Shown here: positions 37,266 through 48,556 of the stretch, piece after piece | Numbering within the stretch: the stretch's first letter is position 1 | Layout of the letters: every line of letters begins with the position of its first letter | Source: Thermodesulfobacteriota bacterium | GTDB taxonomy: Bacteria; Desulfobacterota; Desulfobacteria; Desulfobacterales; SURF-7 | Reading direction: 5' to 3' | DNA length: 64,000 nt | NCBI GenBank assembly: GCA_049320885.1 | Contig: JBMORA010000012.1 | Span: 1-64,000 of the forward strand | The notes under the pieces: model-generated | What the model was told of the DNA's origin: nothing | What the model saw: only the letters and a program-made list of their open reading frames with translations | Databases searched by the model: none | Program-made: the position numbers and the translations under genes

Positions 37266-38218
37266 TGAACTTCGAAATCCCTTCCGCCCCGTCCGGTTTC
37301 CGGTTGCAACCGGTCCGCCGCATCCCGGGGAGTGAAAAACCGCGAACAAGCTTCGGTCGTCATTCATTCGGATTCATGGGGTTGGTGCTGCTTTTCTGGA
37401 TGGGCATGATCGGCGGAGACATCCCTGCCGCAGCCGGGGAGGTAAACACTCCGGCCCTTGCGGGGATATCCGCGGAGGAAAGACAGGCGCTCTCCGGAAC
37501 GTCCGGTGTTGTCGCGGAACCGGAAGACATCCGTTCCGGGGAGGAGGGTGACGAGGATTTTGACGATGAGGATCTCGATTTCCTGGATGAAGAGGAACTG
37601 GACGATCCGGCGGCAAGCGTGCCCGACCCGCTGGAACCCTGGAATCGCGCTATGTTTCATTTCAATGACCGTTTGTACTTCTGGCTGCTGAAACCCGTCT
37701 GCCGCGGATATAACTACCTTCTGCCCGTTTTCGCGCGGACGGGGATCAAGCATTTTTTTGTCAATGCGGCTGCGCCCATCCGGATCTTCAACTGCCTGCT
37801 CCAGGGCCGGGTGATGGACGCGGAAGCCGAATGGGCGCGTTTCCTCATGAACAGCACGGTGGGTGCGGCCGGCTTCGGGAACCCCGCGGAAACGATCCCG
37901 GATCTGTACCGGCGAGACGAGGATCTGGGGCAATCGTTGGGGGCATTCGGCATCGGCGACGGCTTCTATTTGATCTGGCCCGTCATCGGCCCGTCGACCC
38001 TGCGGGATTCGCTGGGCGATATCGGCGATGGCTTCCTCAACCCCCGCTTTTATCTGAATCCTTTTCTGCTGTCCGCCGGATTGTGGTCCCTGGAAAAAGT
38101 GAACGATACTTCCTTCCGCCTGGGAGATTATGAAACCCTGATGGAGGCGGCCATGGAACCTTACGATGCCTTGCGTGACGGCTATATCCAGTCGCGGATG
38201 AAAAAAATCGCTGAATGA
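37262..38218 (+). CDS. mlaA: MlaA/VacJ family protein
   Basis: DPLEPWNRAMFHFND, EDLGQSLG, GPSTLRD, PYDALRDGY; start uncertain. Confidence 0.92.
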   Translation: MMNFEIPSAPSGFRLQPVRRIPGSEKPRTSFGRHSFGFMGLVLLFWMGMIGGDIPAAAGEVNTPALAGISAEERQALSGTSGVVAEPEDIRSGEEGDEDFDDEDLDFLDEEELDDPAASVPDPLEPWNRAMFHFNDRLYFWLLKPVCRGYNYLLPVFARTGIKHFFVNAAAPIRIFNCLLQGRVMDAEAEWARFLMNSTVGAAGFGNPAETIPDLYRRDEDLGQSLGAFGIGDGFYLIWPVIGPSTLRDSLGDIGDGFLNPRFYLNPFLLSAGLWSLEKVNDTSFRLGDYETLMEAAMEPYDALRDGYIQSRMKKIAE

Positions 38219-38219
38219 T

Positions 38220-38300
38220 GAGATTTGAAATTTGAGATTGGAGATTTGAGATTGGAACACGAAGTTGGAGCTCTCAAATCTTAAATTTCAAATCTCAAAT
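38220..38300. repeat. Heptamer tandem repeats arranged as an inverted-repeat hairpin
   Basis: GAGATTT GAAATTT GAGATTG GAGATTT GAGATTG ... TCTCAAATCTTAAATTTCAAATCTCAAAT. Confidence 0.85.
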
Positions 38301-38323
38301 TGTCTTTCCCAAAGGAGGTGACG

Positions 38324-39583
38324 GTGATCGCCGAAATTCTAGCCACAGGGGATGAGGTCTTGACTGGAGCAGTGGTGGACAGCAATTCCGCCCATATATC
38401 CGAAAGGCTGGGCGGCGCCGGGATAGCGGTGACCTGCCATACCTGCGTCGGCGATGACCTTGACCGGCTGACGGAAATCCTTATGGCCATCGCCGGGCGA
38501 TCCGACATCGCCGTGGTCACCGGCGGCCTTGGACCGACCTTCGACGATCTGACATCCGATGCCGTGGCAAAAGCTGCGGGCGTGGAACTGGCTTTCAATG
38601 CCGAAGCCGACGCTTCCATCGACCGGTTCTTTGCCGCCCGGCGGTTTCCGAGAACCGCGTCGGATCGCAAACAGGCCATGCTGCCCGTTGGCTCCACCTG
38701 CCTGCCGAATCCGGTGGGATCGGCGCCGGGGTTCATGCTGCGGATCCGGCGGTGCCTTTTTTTCTGTCTTCCCGGCGTGCCGTCCGAGATGCGTCGGATG
38801 CTGGATGATGAAGTGCTGCCGCGTATCGAGACGGTATCGGGCAAGCAGGGGGATATCCGCCGGATGAAAACCCTCTGTCTTTTCGGGTTGCCGGAGGCGG
38901 CCGTGGGCGAAAGACTGGCGGGATGCGATGGCGAATTGCCGGATGTGAAAATCGGACTGCGGGCGACGTTCCCCATTATTCAGGTCCGGCTGTACGCCGA
39001 TGGGAGAACGGAGGAAATCGTGCGGGAAAAAATCGCCGCCGCATCCGACTGGGTCAAATCGCGCCTGGGGTCACGCGTCTATTCCGATGACGGGGAAACC
39101 CTGGAGGAAACCGTCGGGCGGCTGCTGCGGGAGCGCGGCAGCACCCTGGCCGTGGCGGAAAGCTGCACCGGCGGGCTGCTGTCCCATATGGTGACCAATG
39201 TGCCGGGGAGTTCGAGCTATTTCCTCTCCTCCGTGGTGGCCTATTCCAATCCGGCCAAGCAGGCGTTTCTGGGCGTCTCCGCCGCGACCCTGTCGGCTTT
39301 CGGCGCCGTTGACGAGGCGACGGTGAAGGAAATGGCTGCGGGCGTCCGCCGCATGGCCGATGCCACCTATGGGCTGGCCACGAGCGGTATCGCGGGGCCG
39401 GACGGCGGCACGGATCAGAAGCCGGTGGGCACGATCTGCGTCGGAATCGCCACACCCGCGGAGACCCGATCCATGCGACTTTCGCTTTCTTTCGGCAGCC
39501 GGTCCCGCAACAAGCTGTTTTTTGCCGTCCTGGCGTTGGAAATGCTGAGAAAGGAGTTGCTGGCGTTGCCGCCGGGTTTGTGA
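38324..39583 (+). CDS. cinA: CinA family protein with C-terminal PncC domain
   Basis: GDEVLTG.VVDSN, TGGLGPT.DD, LPGVPSEM, AESCTGG, SGIAGPDGG. Confidence 0.95.
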   Translation: MIAEILATGDEVLTGAVVDSNSAHISERLGGAGIAVTCHTCVGDDLDRLTEILMAIAGRSDIAVVTGGLGPTFDDLTSDAVAKAAGVELAFNAEADASIDRFFAARRFPRTASDRKQAMLPVGSTCLPNPVGSAPGFMLRIRRCLFFCLPGVPSEMRRMLDDEVLPRIETVSGKQGDIRRMKTLCLFGLPEAAVGERLAGCDGELPDVKIGLRATFPIIQVRLYADGRTEEIVREKIAAASDWVKSRLGSRVYSDDGETLEETVGRLLRERGSTLAVAESCTGGLLSHMVTNVPGSSSYFLSSVVAYSNPAKQAFLGVSAATLSAFGAVDEATVKEMAAGVRRMADATYGLATSGIAGPDGGTDQKPVGTICVGIATPAETRSMRLSLSFGSRSRNKLFFAVLALEMLRKELLALPPGL

Positions 39584-40839
39584 AAATGAAGGCTTCCAAG
39601 ACGTTTTATTGCCGGGCCGGCTGGCTGGTGGACGGCTTAGGCGGTCCCATCCGGCGGGATGCGTTGCTGGAAATCAGCGACGGGGTGTTTGGCTCCATCC
39701 ATGGGCATCCGGAGGATTTCCTTGCGGTCAATGCCGAAATCCGCCTTCGGACGGTGGATTTCAGCGATTGCACGCTGTTGCCGGGATTGATGGACGGCCA
39801 TGTCCATTTGTCCATGTCCGGAACCACGGATGATGCCGCCCGAATCCGACAGCTGGAGAACGGCTATGGGGAGAGCCGCGAGGTTATCCGCTTCCATCTG
39901 CAACGCCATTTGGAGCACGGCATCGTGGCCGTGCGGGACGGGGGGGATCACCATGGTTTCGTCGCGCGTTTTCAGCAGGAAAGCGGATCCCATGGGGGCG
40001 CGGATGTCCGGATACGGTCAGCGGGCAGGGCTTTTCATGCCCATGGCCGCTACGGCCGCCTGATCGGCCGGCCGCCGGTTACCGGACGATCCCTGGCGGA
40101 TTCCGTCGCGGATGACCCGGAAGCCAAAGACCACCTGAAAATCGTCAACTCCGGTCTCAACAGCCTGAAAGAGTACGGTCGCCAGACCGCTTGCCAGTTC
40201 GCCGCGGCGGATTTGAAGAAAGCCGTGGCAACGGCCGCGGCAAGGGGCTGGAAAACCATGATTCACGCCAATGGCCGGCTGCCGGTGACCGATGCCGTGG
40301 AGGCCGGATGCTGCTCCATCGAGCATGGTTTTTTCATGGGAACGGACAACTTGAAGCGCATGGCGGATTGCGGAACCGTCTGGGTGCCGACGGCGGTGAC
40401 CATGTCTGCGTATCTGCGCTTGATGGAACCGGGGAGTCCGGAGCAATCGGTGGTCCGGCGGACCCTCGATCACCAACTGGAACAGATGGCGGCAGCCAGG
40501 CGTCTGGGGGTCGCGGTGGTGCTGGGTACCGACGCCGGCAGTCCGGGAGTGCATCATGGCCAGGCGGTGAGGGAAGAACTGGGGTTGCTGATGAAGGCCG
40601 GTTTTTCCATCGAGGAGGCGATAAAGTGCGCATCTTCCGCGGCCGCCCGTCTGCTCGGACTGGAAGCATGGGGTCGGATCGAAGCCGGCGGAAGGGCCTG
40701 CTGGATAGCGGTGAAGGGCGCGCCGGATGGACTCCCCGGCAGTCTGGCGCAAATACGGGCTATTTACATGGATGGCCAACTGCGCTATGAAACAGATCAG
40801 GGGGGATGCCGTTCAGCGTCTCCGCCCCCGGCCCGATGA
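39580..40839 (+). CDS. Amidohydrolase superfamily protein
   Basis: PGLMDGHVH, IHANG, SIEHG, GTDAG. Confidence 0.88.
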   Translation: MKMKASKTFYCRAGWLVDGLGGPIRRDALLEISDGVFGSIHGHPEDFLAVNAEIRLRTVDFSDCTLLPGLMDGHVHLSMSGTTDDAARIRQLENGYGESREVIRFHLQRHLEHGIVAVRDGGDHHGFVARFQQESGSHGGADVRIRSAGRAFHAHGRYGRLIGRPPVTGRSLADSVADDPEAKDHLKIVNSGLNSLKEYGRQTACQFAAADLKKAVATAAARGWKTMIHANGRLPVTDAVEAGCCSIEHGFFMGTDNLKRMADCGTVWVPTAVTMSAYLRLMEPGSPEQSVVRRTLDHQLEQMAAARRLGVAVVLGTDAGSPGVHHGQAVREELGLLMKAGFSIEEAIKCASSAAARLLGLEAWGRIEAGGRACWIAVKGAPDGLPGSLAQIRAIYMDGQLRYETDQGGCRSASPPPAR

Positions 40840-40878
40840 GACATCGGGGCAATCGCCAAGGAAGAAGAAGGTATTATC

Positions 40879-42468
40879 ATGCGGTTTTTATTGGTCAATC
40901 CCCATTATCCGATTTCCGAGGGCCCGTCCCCCCCATTGGGTCTGGCCTTTATTGCAGCGGCCCTGGAAGCCGCTGGCATCGAAGTCCGTATCCTGGATCT
41001 GGTCGTTACCCCTTACAGCCGTGAATTGCTTGAATCCGAGCTGAATTCCTTCCGTCCTCAGGTGATCGGCGCAACGGCCGTCACCATGACCGTTGATAAC
41101 GCTCTCCGGGTTCTTGGGGATGCCCGGGAGCTGGATGCCGATATCCTGACCGTCATGGGCGGCCCCCACGTCACCTTCTGCGCGGAAGCTACCATGGAAC
41201 GGTTTCCGTTCATTGATCTGGTTGTGCTGGGGGAAGGCGAGAAAACCGTTGCCGAACTCATGCGGGCCGCGCGAAATGGGCGGAATTTCCAGGAGGTGGC
41301 CGGAGTGGTCTGCCGGAATGGAAACCGGCTTGTTCGGACTCCGGCGCGTGAAGCTCTGCTGGACGTCGATTCATTGAATGCGCCCGCCAGACATCTGCTT
41401 TCGTTGGGGCGCTACCGGGCATTGGGAATGCCCATCAGCATGACCACCAGCCGGGGATGCCCGCATCAATGCATTTTCTGCGTGGGCAGAAAAATGGTGG
41501 GCGCAAAAGTGAGATACCGCGGGGCCCAAAGCGTGGTGGACGAACTCGAATATCTGGGTTCTCTCGGTTTCCCGCAGATCAATATCGCCGATGATTTGTT
41601 CACGGCCAATAAAAAGCATTGCATCGGCATCTGTGATGAAATCCTGCGGCGGAATCTCAAGATCAAATGGTCCTCCTTCGCCAGGGTGGATACGGTTTCC
41701 CCGGAAGTACTGGGCAAAATGCACGCGGCCGGATGCGATTCGGTCAGTTTCGGGGTGGAGACCGCCAATGCCGGCATACTGAAAACCATCCGCAAGGGCA
41801 TCACCACGGATCAGGTGATCGCGGCGGTCCGGATGTGCAATGATGCCGGCATCCAGCCGAGCGCCTCCTTCATTCTGGGCCTGCCGGGAGAAACCCCGGA
41901 AACCATAGAGGAAACCGTGTCTTTCGGCAAGAAACTCCGGGAGATGGGGGTGATCTACGGGTTCCATCTGCTGGCCCCCTTCCCGGGAACCCGGGTGCGG
42001 GAGGAATGCGAACATTATGGTATCCGGATTTTGACCGACGATTGGCGTGAATACCATGCCAACCGCGCCATTGTCGAGACCGCCGCCGCGGACAAGGAGA
42101 TGCTCGACGCCATTGTCATTGAATGGGAAAAAAATATCGACCTCTGGCTTGGCGACATCGGCCGGCGGATCCAATCCGGCGAAGCCACCGAGGAGGAGGC
42201 CTTTCCGTTGAAAAATCTGGAGCGAACCGTTGCCGTCTACGATTTGATGATGGATCGGGCCATCGAAACTTGCGGGAAATGGGCGACGGATGGGCGGCCG
42301 GCATCGGATGAGGAGGGCCTGCGGGAACTGGTGGCAAGAGTCAAGGATCGGGTGCCCCATTCCCCCGAAAGGTTGTACGATGCGTTGCAGCATGCTTTCC
42401 AGAAAGGGAATCTGTCCAATACGCGGGAAAACGGTACCATCCAATGGCAGTGGGTGGAACATTTATAG
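40879..42468 (+). CDS. Cobalamin-binding radical SAM enzyme
   Basis: PPLGLAFIAA, GGPHVT, GEGE; SRGCPHQCIFC (CxxxCxxC). Confidence 0.92.
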   Translation: MRFLLVNPHYPISEGPSPPLGLAFIAAALEAAGIEVRILDLVVTPYSRELLESELNSFRPQVIGATAVTMTVDNALRVLGDARELDADILTVMGGPHVTFCAEATMERFPFIDLVVLGEGEKTVAELMRAARNGRNFQEVAGVVCRNGNRLVRTPAREALLDVDSLNAPARHLLSLGRYRALGMPISMTTSRGCPHQCIFCVGRKMVGAKVRYRGAQSVVDELEYLGSLGFPQINIADDLFTANKKHCIGICDEILRRNLKIKWSSFARVDTVSPEVLGKMHAAGCDSVSFGVETANAGILKTIRKGITTDQVIAAVRMCNDAGIQPSASFILGLPGETPETIEETVSFGKKLREMGVIYGFHLLAPFPGTRVREECEHYGIRILTDDWREYHANRAIVETAAADKEMLDAIVIEWEKNIDLWLGDIGRRIQSGEATEEEAFPLKNLERTVAVYDLMMDRAIETCGKWATDGRPASDEEGLRELVARVKDRVPHSPERLYDALQHAFQKGNLSNTRENGTIQWQWVEHL

Positions 42469-42494
42469 AACCGGAAGCGGCAAGGTGACGGTGA

Positions 42495-43265
42495 ATGAGA
42501 ACCGACCAGGTGGAATTACAGGTTAGCCGGATATACCGTCCGGGGATAAAAGTCGAGGTCGTCTATGAGCTGGACAGCGACAACCCCATTGTGCTCCCGT
42601 CCCTGCTTTATGAGTGCCAGCATCCGTCCATGCAGCTGGTGATCGCCCAGACAAATCCCGAGATGGCACCCGGCAGGCAGGCCGGGAAAATGACCCTCAC
42701 CGCCCTGGTGAGCGGCGAGTTGAACCGAAAGTTCCGCGCCGGAATCGATTGCGGCCTCCTGGAATGCTATCCGGAATATCGGCTATCCAGCGGCAATACC
42801 GCCCGGGCCGCCCGGATTCGATATGACGAGGATTCGCTGAAAGTGGTGAATATCCGCACGGCATACCGTTTCAGTCCGAATCCGGTTTTCCGGGTCGATG
42901 CGGAGATTCGGTTTGACGACCTGACGTTTTTTTCCGAACAGGATTTCAAGATTCATAACATCTCTTTCACTGGAATCGGTTTGTTGATCCCGCGCCTGGT
43001 GGGCGGCAAGGTCAATCCCATGATGGAGCTGACCGTCGGTCAGACGCTGAGTATCGAAATCCGGCTGACCGATACCCGGAAAGAAATCCAGAGTGCCGAA
43101 TTGAGTTGCGAGCTGCTGGTGGTGAGAAAGGAGCCGGATTTCAACCGCAGGAGCGGTTATGCCGGTTTCCGCCTGACCGGGTTGTCGAACCCGGATGTGG
43201 AGAAGCTCAACCGGTTCATCCATCACGCCCAGCTTCATGAGATCCGCAACGGCGGCGGGTTATAA
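42495..43265 (+). CDS. PilZ-domain protein
   Basis: RTAYR (RxxxR) and NISFTG (D/NxSxxG). Confidence 0.75.
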   Translation: MRTDQVELQVSRIYRPGIKVEVVYELDSDNPIVLPSLLYECQHPSMQLVIAQTNPEMAPGRQAGKMTLTALVSGELNRKFRAGIDCGLLECYPEYRLSSGNTARAARIRYDEDSLKVVNIRTAYRFSPNPVFRVDAEIRFDDLTFFSEQDFKIHNISFTGIGLLIPRLVGGKVNPMMELTVGQTLSIEIRLTDTRKEIQSAELSCELLVVRKEPDFNRRSGYAGFRLTGLSNPDVEKLNRFIHHAQLHEIRNGGGL

Positions 43266-43296
43266 GGAAGCCCGGGTTTCCTGCCGGTCCGCTGCT

Positions 43297-44067
43297 TCAA
43301 AACACATTGAAATACCAACCGATGATCGCTTTCCCATAAAAGAGGTATAAAATCGAACCGATGGCGAGGAAGGGGCCGAAGGGAATGGCGAGCCGGAAAT
43401 TCTTTTTGGACGCCAGCATGACGATCAAGCCGGCGCAGGCGCCCACGGCCGATGCGATATAAATGGTGAACAGCACCCCTTTCCAGCCGGTCAGGGCGCC
43501 GATCATCGCCAGCAGTTTGACATCTCCGCCCCCCATGCCTTCGCGTTTGGTGATCAGCCGGTAGGTCCAGCCCACCAGCAGCAGGCTGCCGCCACCGGCG
43601 GCGATACCGGCCAGGGATTCCAGCAAAGTCGGCTCCGGCAGGGCCAGGGTTGCCGAAAGGAAGATCGGGATTCCCGGCAGGGTGATCTGGTTGGGAATGA
43701 TCTGGTGATCCAGATCGATATAGGTGATGAGAATCAGAACGGCGATGAAACAGAAATACACCAGTGCCTGGATGGAAAGACCGTACCGGATGACCGTGGC
43801 CAGGGCGCAGAGTCCGGTGATCAGTTCCACGACGGGGTACCGGATGGAAATGGCTGCTCCGCATTGCCGGCAGCGGGCCATCAGCAGCAGGTAGCTGAGA
43901 ATCGGGATGTTATCGTAAAAGCGTACCGCGTTCCCGCAATGCGGGCACCTGGACCGGGGCGTGACGATGGATTCTTGCAGGGGTATCCGGTAAATACAGA
44001 CATTTAAAAAACTGCCGATGCAGGCTCCGAAAAGGAAGGCCATGATTCTGATGGGGATTTCCGGCAT
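43297..44067 (-). CDS. pilD: Prepilin peptidase/N-methyltransferase
   Basis: GSFLNVCIYRIP, two CxxC, IDLDHQIIP, GMGGGDVKL, IPFGPFL. Confidence 0.96.
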   Translation of the reverse strand: MPEIPIRIMAFLFGACIGSFLNVCIYRIPLQESIVTPRSRCPHCGNAVRFYDNIPILSYLLLMARCRQCGAAISIRYPVVELITGLCALATVIRYGLSIQALVYFCFIAVLILITYIDLDHQIIPNQITLPGIPIFLSATLALPEPTLLESLAGIAAGGGSLLLVGWTYRLITKREGMGGGDVKLLAMIGALTGWKGVLFTIYIASAVGACAGLIVMLASKKNFRLAIPFGPFLAIGSILYLFYGKAIIGWYFNVF

Positions 44068-44379
44068 GAAGCATCACATCAAACAGCCGGCGGCGCGGAT
44101 CATCCTCCGGCGGCGATCAGGGGGTTCGTCTACGGCCCGTCTGTCCGCTAACGGGCGTCCTCCATTCCAGTCGGGTCATTTCCGGTTGAACGTTTAAGAT
44201 TGACTATTTTAGAGGGCTTGCATAAAAAAAGCAAGGTTGTTATTGTCAACCGGAAAACGATTGTTATATTGGCTGGATGCCGAAGGCGTAAATTTTGTCG
44301 GGCATCCGGGCGCATTCCATGCGCGGGCAACCATCCGGTTCGGATACGACCACCGGAGATAATCAGTCAGGTAGGGGAA

Positions 44380-46842
44380 ATGGCGGAAACAGACAAGGAC
44401 GATTTGGTCAGTATCATCGAAGAGGAGGAAACGGAATTTTCCATTCCGGCGATTCTTCCGTTGCTGCCGGTGCGCGATGTCGTTATTTTCACCGACATGC
44501 TGCTGCCGCTGTTCATCGGACGGGAAAAGTCCATTCATGCCATGGAAGAGGCCATCGGCAAGGACAAGATTCTCTTTCTGGCCACCCAGAAAGATCCCAC
44601 CATTGAAAATCCCTCTCCGGAGGAAATTTATAAAACCGGAACCGTCGGACGGATTCTGCGGATGCTGAAGCTTCCCGATGGCCGCCTGAAGGCGCTGGTC
44701 CAGGGAATCGCCAAGGGCCGGATCATCGAATACACCCGCAAGCGGACCTCCTACCGGGTCAAGGTCGAGGTCGTCAAAGAGCTGCCCGCATCCAAATTGG
44801 GTCTGGAAGGCGAAGCCCTGATGCGGAATGTCCGCGAGCAGTGCGAAAAAATATTGTCGCTGCGCGGCGAAATGAGCGCCGACATCAACACGATCCTGGA
44901 AACCATCGAAGACCCGGGAAAACTCGCCGATCTGGTGGCCTCGAACCTGCGCCTGAAAATAGAGGACGCCCAGGGCCTGCTGGAACTCATCGACCCGGTG
45001 GCGCGCCTGAATAAAATCAACGAGCTGCTCTCCAAGGAAGTGGAACTCTCGGCCATGCAGGCCAAGATCCAGTCGGATGTCCGGGATGAAATTTCCAAGA
45101 GTCAGCGGGATTATTATCTGCGTGAACAGGTGCGGGCGATCCACAAGGAACTGGGCGACATGGATGAGAAGGCCCAGGAGCTGGAGGAATACCGGAAAAA
45201 CATCAAGAAGGCCAGGATGCCGAAGGAAGCGGAGACGGAGGCTCTCAAACAGCTGAAGCGGCTGGGGCAGATGCATCCGGATGCCTCCGAGGCTTCCATT
45301 GTGCGGACCTATCTGGACTGGCTGGTGGATTTGCCGTGGAACAAATCCTCAAAGGAACACATCGACATCAAGGAAGCCCAGAAAATTCTCAGCACCGAGC
45401 ACTACGGGCTGAGCAAGGTGAAGGACAGAATCCTGGAATACCTGAGTGTCCGCAAGCTGAATCCGAAAATGAAGGGTCCGATCCTCTGTTTCGTGGGGCC
45501 TCCCGGCGTGGGGAAGACTTCCCTGGGTCAGGCCATCGCCCGGGCCATGAAACGGAAATTCGTCCGGGTTTCCCTGGGCGGGCTGCATGACGAGGCGGAA
45601 ATCCGGGGGCATCGCCGCACCTATATCGGCGCCCTGCCCGGCCGGATTATACAGGGGTTGAAGCAGAGCGGTTCCAACAATCCCGTATTCATGATGGATG
45701 AAATCGATAAAATCGGCGCTGACTTTCGCGGCGACCCGTCCTCGGCTCTGCTGGAAGCCTTGGACCCGGAACAGAATGTCGCCTTCAGCGATCATTACCT
45801 GAACATCCCCTTCGATCTATCCAAGGTCATGTTCATCCTCACGGCCAACATCACCGACACCATTCCGTCCGCGTTGCTGGACCGCATGGAGGTGATCAAT
45901 ATCGCGGGATACACCCCGGAAGAAAAAATGGCCATCGCCGAATCCTATCTCCTTCCCAGGCAGATCCGGGACAATGGATTGCGGTCCCCCAAAAGCCTGG
46001 TCATCAGCCGTTCGGCCATGGAGCAGATCATCGCCGAGTATACGTCCGAAGCCGGCCTGAGAAATCTGGAGCGCGAGCTTGGGAAGATCTGCCGCAAGGC
46101 GGCGAGAATGCGGGCGGAAGGCGCCAAGGGGAACATCACGATAACCCGCTCGAACCTGCATAAAATGCTGGGCCCTCCGGTATTCCAGCCGGAGATGGAC
46201 CAGGAGGGCAGTCAGGTGGGATTGTCCACGGGATTGGCCTGGACCCAGGTGGGTGGCGAGGCCCTGTACGTGGAGGCCTCCCTCATGACCGGCAAGGGGG
46301 ATTTGATCATCACCGGCCAGCTCGGCGAAGTGATGCAGGAGTCCGCCCGGGCCGCGGTCTCCTTTGCCAGGGCCCATCTGGATGATTACAATGTGGAAAA
46401 GAATTTCTTCGAGAACATCGATGTCCATATTCATGTGCCGGCCGGCGCTATTCCCAAGGACGGACCCTCGGCCGGAATCGCCATGGCCACGGCGCTGATC
46501 TCCGTCATCACCAATGTTCCGGTGAACAAGGATGTGGCCATGACCGGCGAAATCACCCTGCGCGGCAGGGTGCTGCCCATCGGCGGTCTGAAGGAGAAAG
46601 CCCTGGGAGCCATGCGGGCGGGGATTCGAACCATCATCATGCCGGAGAAAAACAAGAAGGATCTGGTGGAGATTCCCTTGAACGTGAAGCGCCGGATCAA
46701 ATTCGTGCCCGTGAAGCACATGGATGAGGTGCTTGCCATCGCCATGCAGGGGCCGGCGAGGAAAACCGGCCGGAAACCCGCTGCGATGCGAAAGCCGAAA
46801 AGGGGCGCCGCCCGGAAAAAAAATGATCGTTCTCGCCGTTGA
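44380..46842 (+). CDS. lon: Lon protease
   Basis: [42 protein letters not shown]. Confidence 0.98.
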   Translation: MAETDKDDLVSIIEEEETEFSIPAILPLLPVRDVVIFTDMLLPLFIGREKSIHAMEEAIGKDKILFLATQKDPTIENPSPEEIYKTGTVGRILRMLKLPDGRLKALVQGIAKGRIIEYTRKRTSYRVKVEVVKELPASKLGLEGEALMRNVREQCEKILSLRGEMSADINTILETIEDPGKLADLVASNLRLKIEDAQGLLELIDPVARLNKINELLSKEVELSAMQAKIQSDVRDEISKSQRDYYLREQVRAIHKELGDMDEKAQELEEYRKNIKKARMPKEAETEALKQLKRLGQMHPDASEASIVRTYLDWLVDLPWNKSSKEHIDIKEAQKILSTEHYGLSKVKDRILEYLSVRKLNPKMKGPILCFVGPPGVGKTSLGQAIARAMKRKFVRVSLGGLHDEAEIRGHRRTYIGALPGRIIQGLKQSGSNNPVFMMDEIDKIGADFRGDPSSALLEALDPEQNVAFSDHYLNIPFDLSKVMFILTANITDTIPSALLDRMEVINIAGYTPEEKMAIAESYLLPRQIRDNGLRSPKSLVISRSAMEQIIAEYTSEAGLRNLERELGKICRKAARMRAEGAKGNITITRSNLHKMLGPPVFQPEMDQEGSQVGLSTGLAWTQVGGEALYVEASLMTGKGDLIITGQLGEVMQESARAAVSFARAHLDDYNVEKNFFENIDVHIHVPAGAIPKDGPSAGIAMATALISVITNVPVNKDVAMTGEITLRGRVLPIGGLKEKALGAMRAGIRTIIMPEKNKKDLVEIPLNVKRRIKFVPVKHMDEVLAIAMQGPARKTGRKPAAMRKPKRGAARKKNDRSRR

Positions 46843-47545
46843 TACCGCTTCCAGAAGCAGCAGCGTCGCCGTTCTGGAGGAGGATTCCCTGCTGGTTGAA
46901 ACGACATTGGTGAATCGGGAAACCCATTCGAGACATCTCATGGACATGATCCACGGGGTCATGGGCCTGGCCGGACTGCGACCCGACCGGGTGGAGTTGT
47001 TCGCCGTCACGGTGGGGCCGGGGAGTTTCACCGGCCTGCGCATCGGGATCAGTGCCGTGAAAGCCATGGCTTTCGCCCGGGGAAGGCCGGTGGTGGGGAT
47101 TTCCACCCTGGATGCCCTGGCGGAGCCTTTCCGGCACAGGGATGGGCTTGTCTGTCCCATGCTGGATGCGCGCCGGGAGGAGGTATATTCCAGTTGCTAC
47201 CGCGTCCAGAGCGGCAGCCTGCACAAGCTGTTCGAGGAGCAGGCCCGGCGGCCCGCCTCGCTGCTGGCGGATATTCCCGGTTCCTGCCTGTTCGTGGGGG
47301 ACGGCGCCCGGGCCTACCGGCGGGATATTGAAGCGGCCCTGGGCGGAAAGGCGTTATTCGGTTCACCGGAGCAGGATGGGGTCCGCGCTGCCGTGGTGGG
47401 GAGGATGGGCGTCCATCTTTTCCAGCAGGGAAGAAACGGTAATCCCGCGGATCTGGTTCCCTGCTATATCCGCCGATCGGACGCGGAAACGCATGCGGAT
47501 CGGGGGAAACGGGAAAAAGTCGCCGGCGCCGGACCGACAACATGA
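46823..47545 (+). CDS. tsaB: t6A biosynthesis protein TsaB
   Basis: [30 protein letters not shown]. Confidence 0.95.
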   Translation: MIVLAVDTASRSSSVAVLEEDSLLVETTLVNRETHSRHLMDMIHGVMGLAGLRPDRVELFAVTVGPGSFTGLRIGISAVKAMAFARGRPVVGISTLDALAEPFRHRDGLVCPMLDARREEVYSSCYRVQSGSLHKLFEEQARRPASLLADIPGSCLFVGDGARAYRRDIEAALGGKALFGSPEQDGVRAAVVGRMGVHLFQQGRNGNPADLVPCYIRRSDAETHADRGKREKVAGAGPTT

Positions 47546-47645
47546 TTGACAATCGTATCCGGTTTTGATAGACGGATAAAATTGTTTTTAATAAGCGGAA
47601 TCGAAGTGTTAGAAAGAACAAAGGCTTCGATAAACAGGAAGTTGA

Positions 47646-48317
47646 ATGAACACATACGCATGGATTGATCCACCGGGGCAGAGCGCTTTTCCAGTGGCCC
47701 GGCCCGGTTATCCGTTTATTTTCGGCGCCGGTTTCACAACGGCAGTGCTGGCCATCGTCGGTTTCAAGGCCCTGGCCCTGCTGGGGCTGGGTATCACGGT
47801 CTTCATATGCTGTTTTTTCCGGGATCCGGACCGGGCGATACCGGTGGTGGATCGCGCGGTCGTATCCCCGGCGGATGGCAAAGTGGTTCTTGTCGACCAT
47901 GTGGCCGGGAATCCGTTTTCCGACCAGCCTTGCCTGAAAATCAGCGTTTTCATGTCGGTATTCAATGTCCATGTCAATCGCATTCCGTACACGGGTACGG
48001 TGACGGGCATCCGCTATTTTCCGGGGAAATTCTTCAACGCCAGTCTGGACAAGGCCTCCAAGGATAATGAACGGAACGCCATCCGGATCGAAACCGAAGA
48101 CGGCCGCGGGATTTGTTTTGTCCAGATCGCCGGACTGGTGGCCCGCCGCATCATCTGCAACATCCGGGAGGGCGATTGCCTGCAACGCGGCCAGCGTTTC
48201 GGGATGATTTGTTTCGGTTCCCGGCTGGATGTGTATTTACCGGAAAATGCGGAGCCGAACGTGGCGGTGGGTGATAAAGTGCGGGCCGGAACATCGATTC
48301 TGGGATATCTGCGATGA
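47646..48317 (+). CDS. psd: Phosphatidylserine decarboxylase proenzyme
   Basis: FFRDPDR, SPADGKV, FNVHVNR, QIAGLVARRI, FGSRLD. Confidence 0.95.
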   Translation: MNTYAWIDPPGQSAFPVARPGYPFIFGAGFTTAVLAIVGFKALALLGLGITVFICCFFRDPDRAIPVVDRAVVSPADGKVVLVDHVAGNPFSDQPCLKISVFMSVFNVHVNRIPYTGTVTGIRYFPGKFFNASLDKASKDNERNAIRIETEDGRGICFVQIAGLVARRIICNIREGDCLQRGQRFGMICFGSRLDVYLPENAEPNVAVGDKVRAGTSILGYLR

Positions 48318-48526
48318 GCAAGCCGAAACCGTTTGGAGGCGAAAAACGGAAACAGGGTGTTCGCATTCTTCTGTATGGTACTACTGCCCGGGCGCGTCAA
48401 TTTCCACCCGTCTTTCTCCTGATCAGGCCCTGATCGGACTCCTGCCAGGATGAAAAACCGGGAAAATCCGAACCCTGCAATTTAAGCGCACCGATTCCGG
48501 AACCCTTGCGGCGGTGCTGGGATATG

Positions 48527-48556
48527 AAACGGCTGGTCTTTCGGCCAGCCGTTTTT
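48527..48556 (+). terminator. Intrinsic terminator-like hairpin just upstream of leuB
   Basis: AAACGGCTGG-TCTTTCGG-CCAGCCGTTT-TT. Confidence 0.7.
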
